DNA from: Candidatus Bathyarchaeota archaeon
Lineage (GTDB): Archaea > Thermoproteota > Bathyarchaeia > Bathyarchaeales > Bathycorpusculaceae
Assembly: GCA_963811105.1 (NCBI GenBank)
Contig: CAWEPZ010000009.1
Span: 64,001 to 128,000, forward strand
DNA: 64,000 nt
Reading direction: 5' to 3'
The notes below the pieces were generated by a model. That model saw nothing but the letters and a program-made list of their open reading frames with translations. It was not told where the DNA came from and did not search any database. Positions 51,282 to 60,479 of this stretch are shown here, one piece after another (within the stretch, counting starts at the first letter, position 1; every line of letters starts with the position of its first letter). The position numbers and the translations under genes are program-made.

Positions 51282-51348
51282 TCAGTTTTGTCATGGAATG
51301 CTATAAGCCTTTCATGCGCCAGTTGACAAAAACATCAACCAAACAAGT

Positions 51349-51903
51349 TTAATCGCATTTTTTGATTTTTAGCAGCTTAGTCTGCATGTCAACTATTTCA
51401 GCGCTGTTCTTTGCCTGAATATAATTTTCAAGCAACATGGCGTTCAACTCAAAAAAAGTATGTCCCCACGTAAAAATTGACAAAAGCAGTTCGGATTCTT
51501 TCTTGAAGCCCGCAATGTACAAGGCGGCAGCTATGGCTTCAGCGGTAGTTAGTTTTGTCAGTTTACCGTAATTAACGGGGTTTCCCGCGATAAGGATGGG
51601 CAAACACCGGCTGGTCCCCCTAACAAGTCCACTCATAACCTTTTGTGCATGCTCCCAGCTGCAATCTAGCGCAGCTAAACCAAATTGTTCAATTCGTTCT
51701 CTGTCTGCAGGTGAAAAAGCTATTTCACCAAAAGGATTTAGCACTATGGCCCGTTTCGGTAGAAATTTTGTGCTATTAACTATCCTGGCTAGTCCTCGAC
51801 GTTTTAGCCTTAGTGCTGTGTTTTTCTTGGGATCATCTTGGGCAGCGTGATAGATAGAAACGTGTACAGGTATGGTAAGTAATGCTGCTCGGTTATTTTC
51901 CAC
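51349..51903 (-). CDS. tsr3: rRNA aminocarboxypropyltransferase Tsr3
   Basis: QDDPKKNT, LDCSW, LIAGNPVNYGK..LTTAEA, FTWGHTF..LN. Confidence 0.93.
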   Translation of the reverse strand: MENNRAALLTIPVHVSIYHAAQDDPKKNTALRLKRRGLARIVNSTKFLPKRAIVLNPFGEIAFSPADRERIEQFGLAALDCSWEHAQKVMSGLVRGTSRCLPILIAGNPVNYGKLTKLTTAEAIAAALYIAGFKKESELLLSIFTWGHTFFELNAMLLENYIQAKNSAEIVDMQTKLLKIKKCD

Positions 51904-53434
51904 TTGGTTTACGCACCTTCAAGTGGCTCATGGGGTCATCTAATACTCTTGGAATCCAATCAATAATGTCAGTTGCTACCATATGAAAACCAATTTCGTT
52001 TGCAACAAAGTCGCCTGCAGCACCATTAACAAACGCTCCTGCCACTGCAGCCTCAAATGGATCAACCTTCTGCGCCATTAAACCGCTCACGATCCCGCTT
52101 AGAACATCACCTGTTCCGCCAACAGTCATGCCTGGGTTGCCCGTGAAATTTAGCTTAACCCTTTCTGAATCGCAGACGATGTCAACTTTGCTTTTTACAA
52201 GGATGACTGCGTTAAGTTTGTTTGCGGTTTTCTGCACTGCGCTTATGCGTTCGTTTAGTTTTTCGGGTAATGTTTCGTCCGTGAGTATGGTATATTCACC
52301 TGCGTGAGGTGTCAAAACAAGTGGCGTTTTTAGGGGTCTTTTGAATTTGGCGAAGGCTTTAAGTCCATCAGCATCCAAAAGCAAAGGTTTCCCAGCCTTC
52401 TCAACTTCGTCAACGCAGATCCTTACGAAATCTGCAGTTTCAGGGTTTAATCCCAAGCCTGGACCTATCGCCACGGCATCAACCATGTTCAAATAAGGTT
52501 TCAGCGTTTCCATATTTCTCGGTTTTAGATTGTCACTTTCAAGCTTTATGGTAATTAAGTCAGGAGACATCGAAGAAATAGCATAAGCCACCTTGGTTGG
52601 AGCTGCCAGATAAACAAGATCCACCCCTGTTCGCAGGGCGCCCAACGAAACTAGTGTAGGAGCGCCTGAATAAACCTCACTTCCGCCAATCACAAGCAAT
52701 CGCCCAAAGTCACCCTTATGAGCTGTCGGATTGCGCAGCACTTCTACGAGGTAAACGTCGCCTGGACCAGCGAACTGTTCTATTTCCTGGGGCACCCCTA
52801 TGCCTTTTACAATTAGCTCGCCAACATACTTTTTCGCCTTGGTAAGTCCCGTTTTTTCTTTATGAAAAGTAATTGTTAAATTAACTTTTGCCGCCGTGCC
52901 ATAGACTTCACCAGTTTCTGAATCTACTCCCGTTGGCACATCAATCGCAATTTTATAAGCCGTTAAGGCATTGATATAATTGGCCATTTGAAAGATTGGC
53001 GGTTTAAGTTTTCCTTTGGTTCCAATGCCTAATAAAGCATCAATTACTACGTCTGCTTCGATTTTAGGTAGGATTGAACTGTCGGTTACTTCAAACAGAG
53101 TAATTTTATCTTGCAGCGATTCGAGAATAGCCCAATTTTTCATTGCCATATCATGACTTATATCTCGAGCTTTGCCAGCCAGAACAACCGTGACCGTGTA
53201 GCCTGCTGCTAAGAGATGTCTAGCCGCCACAAATCCGTCCCCGCCATTTCCGCCTAACCCGCAGAAAATGACTATTTTCTTTTCCTTTGGAAATCTCGAA
53301 ATAATTTCTTGAGCTATGTCGCGTCCTGCATTCTCCATTAACACAAGCAGACTTATACCATAGTATTCAGCGTTGGCTTCCAAGGCCCGCATTTCTCTGC
53401 ATTTGATAATCGGGTTTCTTACTTTTGCTTGCAT
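51893..53434 (-). CDS. nnr: Bifunctional NAD(P)HX epimerase/dehydratase
   Basis: LMENAG, GNGGDG, DVPTG, HKGDFG, GPGLG, TPHAGE, GGTGDVL. Confidence 0.95.
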   Translation of the reverse strand: MQAKVRNPIIKCREMRALEANAEYYGISLLVLMENAGRDIAQEIISRFPKEKKIVIFCGLGGNGGDGFVAARHLLAAGYTVTVVLAGKARDISHDMAMKNWAILESLQDKITLFEVTDSSILPKIEADVVIDALLGIGTKGKLKPPIFQMANYINALTAYKIAIDVPTGVDSETGEVYGTAAKVNLTITFHKEKTGLTKAKKYVGELIVKGIGVPQEIEQFAGPGDVYLVEVLRNPTAHKGDFGRLLVIGGSEVYSGAPTLVSLGALRTGVDLVYLAAPTKVAYAISSMSPDLITIKLESDNLKPRNMETLKPYLNMVDAVAIGPGLGLNPETADFVRICVDEVEKAGKPLLLDADGLKAFAKFKRPLKTPLVLTPHAGEYTILTDETLPEKLNERISAVQKTANKLNAVILVKSKVDIVCDSERVKLNFTGNPGMTVGGTGDVLSGIVSGLMAQKVDPFEAAVAGAFVNGAAGDFVANEIGFHMVATDIIDWIPRVLDDPMSHLKVRKPSGK

Positions 53435-53540
53435 ATTTAATGCCCTTGCTAATTTATGCTGCAGGTTAAAAGATAAGCCTATCTTTATTGTATACGAAAG
53501 CATCACCAAAACACACTTTTAACTGGCTCTAAAGTGGAAT

Positions 53541-53843
53541 TTAGGCGAAGAAATTTATTTCCAAGTGAGGTTTTATTTGTTTTTCATTTTAGAATTTTTC
53601 CATTTGTATTTTTTCGAAATTATCATGGTTGAAGTAACAAGTGCAATAGGCATGGTTCTTGCTTTATCTGAAACGAAACTCTACAGCTTGTCCAAATCCT
53701 TCGTCACCATACTTGCTATCACATGATATTCGCAGAAGACTATGTCTGTCGACATTACCTCGCCAAATTTAATGATTTTTTGAGCCACTTCTCTTTCTGT
53801 TCTATATGCAACTTTGAAAAGAACAGAAGCTTAAAACTTTCAT
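53541..53843 (-). pseudogene. Lrp/AsnC ligand-binding domain pseudogene
   Basis: ASVLFKVAYRTEREVAQKI..VFCEYHVIA..LDKL*SFVSDK..TSTMII, with a frameshift and a stop. Confidence 0.6.
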
Positions 53844-53988
53844 GACTTCACTATTTGCTAATCTCTTAAAACCTTAACATAATTTCCATACAGATAAGTT
53901 GCAAATCAAAAAAGTTTATCCAATAGCTTTACCTATTTATTTTAGGTTCATATGTTTCTTAGAGAAATAAATGATTGATTTTAAGTAG

Positions 53989-54726
53989 GTGTGTTGTTTG
54001 GAAAAGAAATATTTAATAACAAATTCAGATGCCCTGTTGATAACTGATATCCAAAGAGATTTCTTGCCCGGAGGCGCATTGCCCGTTGCTGACGGTGACG
54101 AAATAATACCTGTTCTTAACGAGTATGCGAGGCGTTTTGAAGACGCAAAAGCACATGTTTTTGCTTCTAGAGATTGGCATCCTCCCAATCATATGTCATT
54201 TAAAACGCAAGGAGGTCCTTGGCCGCCTCACTGTATACAAGATACTTTAGGTGCAAAGTTTAGTCCTGACCTTAAACTTCCTGAAGGCATTGTTGTAATT
54301 TCTAAGGCCACTAACCCTGAACATGAAAGCTACTCGGTTTTTGATGGAACCAGCTTCGCTCATGAACTGGAAATGTGCGAGGTAAAGCGACTTTTCATTG
54401 GAGGTTTAGCCACAGATTATTGTGTAGTAAACACGGTTCTTGATGCTCGTAAGCTTGGCTACGAAACAATAGTGCTTATGGACGCAACCTTAGGTATTAA
54501 CGTGGAGCCAGACGATGCTAAAAAGGCAGTTGAGGCGATGCAGAACGCTGGAGCTAAACAAATAACAATGGCTGATTTTCCAGACGAAATTGATGCCTTG
54601 CCAATGGATGAAGCTGAAGAAGACGTAATGGAGGAGAAGCCTTCCGAAAGGGCAGCAGTAAAGAAAAAAGCTCGAATGCGCCCTAAAGGTACTTCAAAGA
54701 GGGTTCGCACAGAGAGAAAAAGCTAA
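53989..54726 (+). CDS. pncA: Nicotinamidase/pyrazinamidase
   Basis: DIQRDFLPGGAL, DWHP..H, WPPHC, GLATDYCV. Confidence 0.92.
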   Translation: MCCLEKKYLITNSDALLITDIQRDFLPGGALPVADGDEIIPVLNEYARRFEDAKAHVFASRDWHPPNHMSFKTQGGPWPPHCIQDTLGAKFSPDLKLPEGIVVISKATNPEHESYSVFDGTSFAHELEMCEVKRLFIGGLATDYCVVNTVLDARKLGYETIVLMDATLGINVEPDDAKKAVEAMQNAGAKQITMADFPDEIDALPMDEAEEDVMEEKPSERAAVKKKARMRPKGTSKRVRTERKS

Positions 54727-55284
54727 TCTTCTTCGAAATACTGCGAAGCTTATATAATCATAGGCTTTCTCACCTAAAAACCGCGAGCAACAAGGGGACT
54801 ATTGCTCGCTGAACCTTAAAGGATTGCCATTGCAGACCACCCGCTTGCATTTTCATTTCAAAATGAACAAAAGTACCACCTAACTTCAACGTAAAGATTC
54901 TAAAAACGCTAAGAAACAGGTTCAATCCAAATCGCTCCAAGGCTATTACGTGTGGTTAACCGAACTAATTTGCCTTTATCTCTGTTTAATAAATCGTTAC
55001 GAATTTTGGTTTCTATCCTGTCCATAGATTTATGTTTGTGGCGAGATGATTTTGTGGCTCCCCCAATCTGAGTTTATGAGTTTTCTGTTTACTAAATTTT
55101 TTTTAGAGCGAAATTTATTCGAATGGGCACTTTTTACAATAAATAGTTAAAACACCGCGTTTTGGCGTAGGGAATTACTACTAAACAATTAAAAAACACG
55201 TTAATTGGGTTGTTTTCTACCATTCGAGAAACGAAAAATTGATAACTTTATGAAAAAGATGCTATCGTTCGATTCTTTGGTTTC

Positions 55285-55701
55285 TTATTGCTCGCCCATG
55301 ATTTGGATTATTACGGTTCTTTTTCTAGGGTAGACATCAGTTTCTACAAACATTAAAGATTGCCAGGTTCCAAACGTCACGTTACCGTCAACTATTGGCA
55401 AGGTTTTGTCTGGCGGAAGCAGTATGGATCGTAGATGAGAATGAGCGTTAGAAGGATGCTGGTACGCTTTATGTTTAGGCGCAAGCTCTTCAAGCAACGC
55501 CTTAATATCATCAATAAGGGCATCATCGTTTTCTGTTAAAATTATGATGCCTGTTGCGTGAGGAGCAAAAACGTGGACTAAACCATTTCGGATGCCCGAG
55601 CGCAAGACCTCTTCCTGGATTTTGTTAGATAGGTCTACGAAGTCAATTTCGCCTTTAGTGTTAAAGCTGTGACTTCTGTTTACAACCTTAAAGTTCGACA
55701 T
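55285..55701 (-). CDS. YjbQ family (secondary thiamine-phosphate synthase) protein
   Basis: PHATG..ENDD, NAHSHLRS, GTWQSL. Confidence 0.9.
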   Translation of the reverse strand: MSNFKVVNRSHSFNTKGEIDFVDLSNKIQEEVLRSGIRNGLVHVFAPHATGIIILTENDDALIDDIKALLEELAPKHKAYQHPSNAHSHLRSILLPPDKTLPIVDGNVTFGTWQSLMFVETDVYPRKRTVIIQIMGEQ

Positions 55702-55749
55702 TGCAAGCTTTTCTCCAACTGGTGTACAGGTAAAAATGGTTGAAAAACT

Positions 55750-56160
55750 TTTCTAAGGTCTTGAGCTTTCGAGTGCACCACCAGTCAAGTCGTCTACTAA
55801 TTTCATGTCTCTTGTGATTTGCTTCGGCAACCGAAGACTAAAAAACAGGCAAGGATATAAATAATTTTAAAGTAATATGTAGTTTCTAATAAACACTTTC
55901 CTGCTATTTTAATTATAAATGTATAATGTAAACATTGTGAAACGTTTTCGCTTCACAAAAAGATCTTATACTAATTATTTTTTCCAAGTCAAATGTCAAA
56001 AAATGGAATATTCATTTTTTAGACCAAAAAATGCATTTATTAACGCCAAAATAAGCATAGTTTAGATAATTTTGCCTTTCTTTAAGTTTTTTTCAACCCA
56101 GTTTAATCTAAAAAAAGCATTTACATGCCGTTTAATACTATATTTTTGAATTTTCCCTTT
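55750..56160 (-). ncRNA. Candidate structured RNA E (or long yjbQ leader)
   Basis: Minus-strand hairpins TTGTGAAGCG-AAAA-CGTTTCACAA, GGCAT-GTAA-ATGCT and CTTCGG-TTG-CCGAAG behind a TTAAATA box. Confidence 0.4.
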
Positions 56161-56369
56161 CCTGGCGTAATGTATATTTAATCTTCGACGATGTTCGAAG
56201 TTTTCAGTGCCTTCGGAGTAGAAGTTAAGTCAGGTAAAAGAGTTTTAGCCGTTTTCTATTGATGCTTTCGTGTACTAAACCAAAATAAATAATGAATCCT
56301 TAATTAACGATTTAGGAATTAGTAACACTCTATGAACCTGCTCTTGCATTAAAATTATTGGTATTATAG

Positions 56370-57076
56370 TTGGTGGGCTAGTTTCTGAGGTAGGTATATT
56401 TTTGTTACTGCTCAAAGCGGCCCAAATGAAATTAGCACATAAATTCATATGCCACACAAGATCAAAGCAAACAGTCTTCTACAGCTTACAAGTCACTTTT
56501 GCCTGTAAACCAAGGTGTTACACTAACAATTGGAGCCCGGAACGAGTGTTAACCTTAACACTTGCTACTCACAAGTAAAGGTACCTAATTTTGACAGAGG
56601 CACAGAAGCTGACCCGATAAACATCAGGATGACTCAATCGTTTCACCGCTGTAATTAATGTCTTGAATAAACGGATAGGCTAAGGCGCGTAATTGAAAAT
56701 GCAATTATGAATCAAACTTCAGCTCATGCTCAGTACTTTGTAAAGAAAAACAAAAAGGCAGTTAAAAGTGGAGTATGGAGACATAGCTTTAGCATAGCTG
56801 CAAATAGCGATTTGATGGCTGGTTACCTTTGGCGTTTTCGACTCTACGGTTCTTTCAAACAAATTGATAACTAATCCTGGAGCCCTTTCAAGCCTTCTTT
56901 TCGCATGGGTTAGAGGTTCTCTGTGACGTAAATGTAGGCCGATATTTGGGGGGGTGGAACAACCTCCCAGTAGGAAATCATCCTTACCCTCCATGAGTGC
57001 AAGAATGATTTTGATTTAGGCAAGGTAAAGCTTTGCCCGGTTTGACAACTCCGAACTCTCAAACTGCCAGCCTAAA
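56370..57076 (+). ncRNA. Candidate ~700-nt structured RNA C
   Basis: At least 8 stems, several with G-U pairs valid only on the + strand; no credible ORF. Confidence 0.55.
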
Positions 57077-57934
57077 ACACCGCAACATCAACACCTAACC
57101 CATTAATCCCTCCATCGCTGTTCGTTCCAGAATATCTAACAGTTGTTGCTTTCATAGCAATATTGGTAATCATAAGAGATATTAGCCCGTAAGAAAACCG
57201 TCAACTTAACCCAAGCTGAATGAGTTTGGGCGATGCTTTTGTATACAGAAATGATTTGCCGATTATCTATGAAGGCACCTTAAGCTTCAAATAATGGTGA
57301 ATAAACTGGGCATGCTTTTTTCTTTATTTAGAAATCATACACGCCTAAAATCTTATTTTGACAACTGCTTCTAAGGGTTTGAAAAATTTTGCGTCAAGGT
57401 TTTTCCTTAATTGTCCTATTGATGTGGCGCGTTCTTCTTGTCGGTTGCAGCTGTGATGGTCAATAATTAGTATTACTCATAGCACTAAGGTCACACAACA
57501 CATTTTTTAGATCAAGCAATGCCCTTAAGTTTAGCAAAGTTTAGGTTGGATTGAGACTTGCAATAGTGTGCTTGGATAAAAATAAAGGCAAAAAAGTTTC
57601 CCAAAGAACAACGAATTGTTCGCTTTGTTGCATTAATAAGGGCTCAGTTAATCAAAAAGAAATTGTCATTAAACTGTATTTACCTGCCGCTTCACCAGCA
57701 TTAATAAACTCTCAAGCTTTTGAGTTCTCCTTACTATAGTATTTGATTATTTCATTTTTCCTGCGCTCTGATATTGGAATAGAGTGTTTTATGAATGGTG
57801 AGATATGTTTTAAGAAATTAGAGTGACTAACTTTCGAGATATTTGGAGATTTTATAAAATTTCAAAGGTAGCCCGTCCTTGTCGTCAGGAATGCTTATTT
57901 TCTTTTTAAAAAAGGATTTTGCACTTTGGCTAAT

Positions 57935-58285
57935 ATAATTTTGACTAGTTACCTATCCGAGTTTATAGTCATCTGAGTTTTTTGCCGAGTAACAAAGTTC
58001 GTTGTTTTTTGTTCTATCAACACTCATGCAGTTCTGTTAAAGAAAGGAGTGTTAGCACGCAATTCCGACTCTTCAGGCAATTCCAAACAAGGAGAAAAGT
58101 GTGCGGCAAATTTCTTCTTCTTTACAAGCTTTTGGAAAAAGGAGGACACGGTGCTGCCGCCGATTGTTCATCATCTTTCAGAGAAGAACAACACCCAACG
58201 CTACCACAAATCGTTGTTCGTCTAATCTTCAAGATTTTTTGTGTTATTTCCTTGCTTAAGATTAACGGTCCATCGTTAACCCCAT
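57935..58285 (-). ncRNA. Candidate structured RNA A with K-loop
   Basis: GGGGTTAACG/CGTTAATCTT, GAACAACG/TGTTGTTC and TAACACTC/GAGTGTTG stems; TCTGA-AAG-ATGATGA motif. Confidence 0.5.
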
Positions 58286-58459
58286 TTTAATAAAAAAGTA
58301 TTAAATAAAGCTTATTTTGCCATAAACATAGTAGTAAAAGCTTGTTTTTTAGCGAAATATGAAAACCAAAAAAGAACGTCATTATTTTCTATGGAAACGA
58401 TAATTTAAAACCTCAGATTAAGGCTAAAATCATTAAATATCCTCATTTTAGCCTTTTAG

Positions 58460-58912
58460 CTAGGTGGCTTAGGAGAGTCGCATGGGGAATATCGGGGCCT
58501 CATATAAGTACCCTCGAAAATCTCCATGCGAAGCGGAAACCAGTTTTTTCGGCTTTACTTCGAACTTTTTGGGAAGTTTTTGTTGGATTTGAGAAACTCC
58601 GCCGATTTCTACGAAAAAATCTTACTAACAAAATTTCGGTGCGGTTAAGGAACTAGCAATGATTTTGGTGTCCGGTAGCTTTGGCCGTTCATCATGGCTT
58701 TGGAACGACGTCATTTGCATCAAAATTATTATGCAAGAAGTAAGGCTCTCAGTCAGGGCTATTCGGGAGGTTGGTAATCTTCTTTTGAATTCCACTGGGC
58801 TAATTGGCAGGTAATGAATCTAACGCCAAAAACGCGTGCGTCATTATGAGACGTTAGTTTTGTGATTTGTATCCAAGCCGGCTTTGCGTAAAGCAGTGGT
58901 TGCCGGATAGGG
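58460..58912 (+). ncRNA. Candidate ~450-nt structured RNA B
   Basis: 11-bp and 13-bp stems with nested hairpins and + strand G-U pairs; TTAAATA box at 58433. Confidence 0.6.
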
Positions 58913-59266
58913 GTGTGTTTGGTTGATGCTTCTGTATACCATTCGATTATTTTTGTATTTTCACCGAGCTAACTTTGGATAAATCTTAGCCCTTAGTGGT
59001 TTTGTTTCGGGTTCTTTTTTGGTTCAGCGTTAGCTTTGTAGGTGTTTAAGGTAGTCTAAACTGTCAATAATTTGGGTGCTTGAATGTTGGCTTTTATCTT
59101 ATCGGTTGCTTCAGTTGCTGAAGTATTACTTATTTTTTGTCCATCACCAGTTACCTCCAGTGCACACCAAGTTAATTCAGCGTATATAAAAGCATAACCT
59201 AAACCCACTTTTTCGGATCATCATAGCAATATTTTTTATTCCTAAAACCCGTTATATAGCGAATAC

Positions 59267-59716
59267 TTGAGGGGTAAACTGTTGAGCAAAGAGATTGACC
59301 GAATCAGACTTCGTCGTTGGCGTAAACGAGGATTCTACAGCGAAACCGTGTTGGTCAAGCTCCTGCAGAAAAAAGGTTACTACGCGGTACGGGTCCCCGT
59401 TAGCAACCCCAGCCTCAATCCACTGCCAGATATAATGGCGCGAAAAGGGCTCCACAATTATGCTTTTGAAGTAAAAAATGCTAGCTACTACGCTTATTTT
59501 CCCAAAGAACAAATCGACAAACTCTTCCGGTTTCTAGACCAGTTTATTCCCTCCGATCATGCTCACAAACATGCCGTGGTTGCAGCGCACCTGGGCAAGC
59601 GGTGGCTTTTCAAAGAAATCAGCTGGACGGATTGGGAGAAAAATAAGCTTCCAGGCAAAGTAAGAATCCTTAAGCGGGACAGGGGAAACCTAAACATGGA
59701 CACAACATACAGTTGA
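59267..59716 (+). CDS. Hjc-family Holliday junction resolvase-like nuclease
   Basis: RGFYSE..GYYAVRVP.S..PDIMA..AFEVK. Confidence 0.8.
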   Translation: MRGKLLSKEIDRIRLRRWRKRGFYSETVLVKLLQKKGYYAVRVPVSNPSLNPLPDIMARKGLHNYAFEVKNASYYAYFPKEQIDKLFRFLDQFIPSDHAHKHAVVAAHLGKRWLFKEISWTDWEKNKLPGKVRILKRDRGNLNMDTTYS

Positions 59717-59771
59717 CCTTGTAAAGCAATTTACCTCAAGTTATATAATTGCTAAGATAATACTTCATTAA

Positions 59772-60479
59772 ATGTGCAAGGGCGCTGAAATGTCAGAAGA
59801 AGACGCGATGGTTTGTACGCAAGTTTTAGGTCGAACTTATCAATTAGGGAATGCTAAAGTTGAAGTGCTAAAAGACATAACTTTGTCAATTCCAACTGGA
59901 ACATTTGTCGCGTTATGCGGTCCCTCAGGCTCGGGTAAAACCACTCTTCTCAATCTAATAAGTGGAATCGATAGGCCCACGAGCGGCAAAATTTTTGTGT
60001 CAGGTCAAGATTTGACTATTCAGGATGAAGATTTCTTGTCCGATTTTCGATGCAATAATGTGGGTTTTGTTTTTCAAGCGTACAATTTAGTTTCAACTTT
60101 AACGGTCGCTGAGAATGTTGCGTTTCCAATGGAATGGGCGCGGAAGCCTGAGGATGAAATAGAAAAAAGAGTAAATGAACTTCTTGAAATGGTGGGCTTA
60201 AAGCAGCGAATGAATCATTTTCCAGCTCAACTAAGCGGTGGTGAACAGCAGCGGGTTGCCTTTGCTAGAGCACTAGCTAATGATCCTCCCCTAGTTCTTG
60301 CAGATGAACCAACAGGTAATTTAGATGCGAAAAATGCTCAAAAAATCATTCAAGTCCTTCAGCTGTTGAAGCAAAATGGCAAAACAATCATTGTTTCCAC
60401 TCATGATACTGAAATTAGACAGTTGGCTGACCAAGTTGTATGCCTAGAGGATGGCAAATTGGCGAGCGTGGATGATTAA
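59772..60479 (+). CDS. LolD/MacB-type ABC ATPase
   Basis: [25 protein letters not shown]. Confidence 0.93.
   Translation: MCKGAEMSEEDAMVCTQVLGRTYQLGNAKVEVLKDITLSIPTGTFVALCGPSGSGKTTLLNLISGIDRPTSGKIFVSGQDLTIQDEDFLSDFRCNNVGFVFQAYNLVSTLTVAENVAFPMEWARKPEDEIEKRVNELLEMVGLKQRMNHFPAQLSGGEQQRVAFARALANDPPLVLADEPTGNLDAKNAQKIIQVLQLLKQNGKTIIVSTHDTEIRQLADQVVCLEDGKLASVDD

Noticed and set aside
57982-58290. 102-aa ORF (also 56275, 56719, 57551 and 63721 ORFs)
   Set aside because: Atypical composition, weak starts, no recognisable motifs; some overlap the structured-RNA candidates.
58591-58890. GAGAAACTCCGCC and AAGCCGGCTT resemble RNase P RNA P4 strands
   Set aside because: The two strands do not pair correctly and the ACAGAA element is missing.
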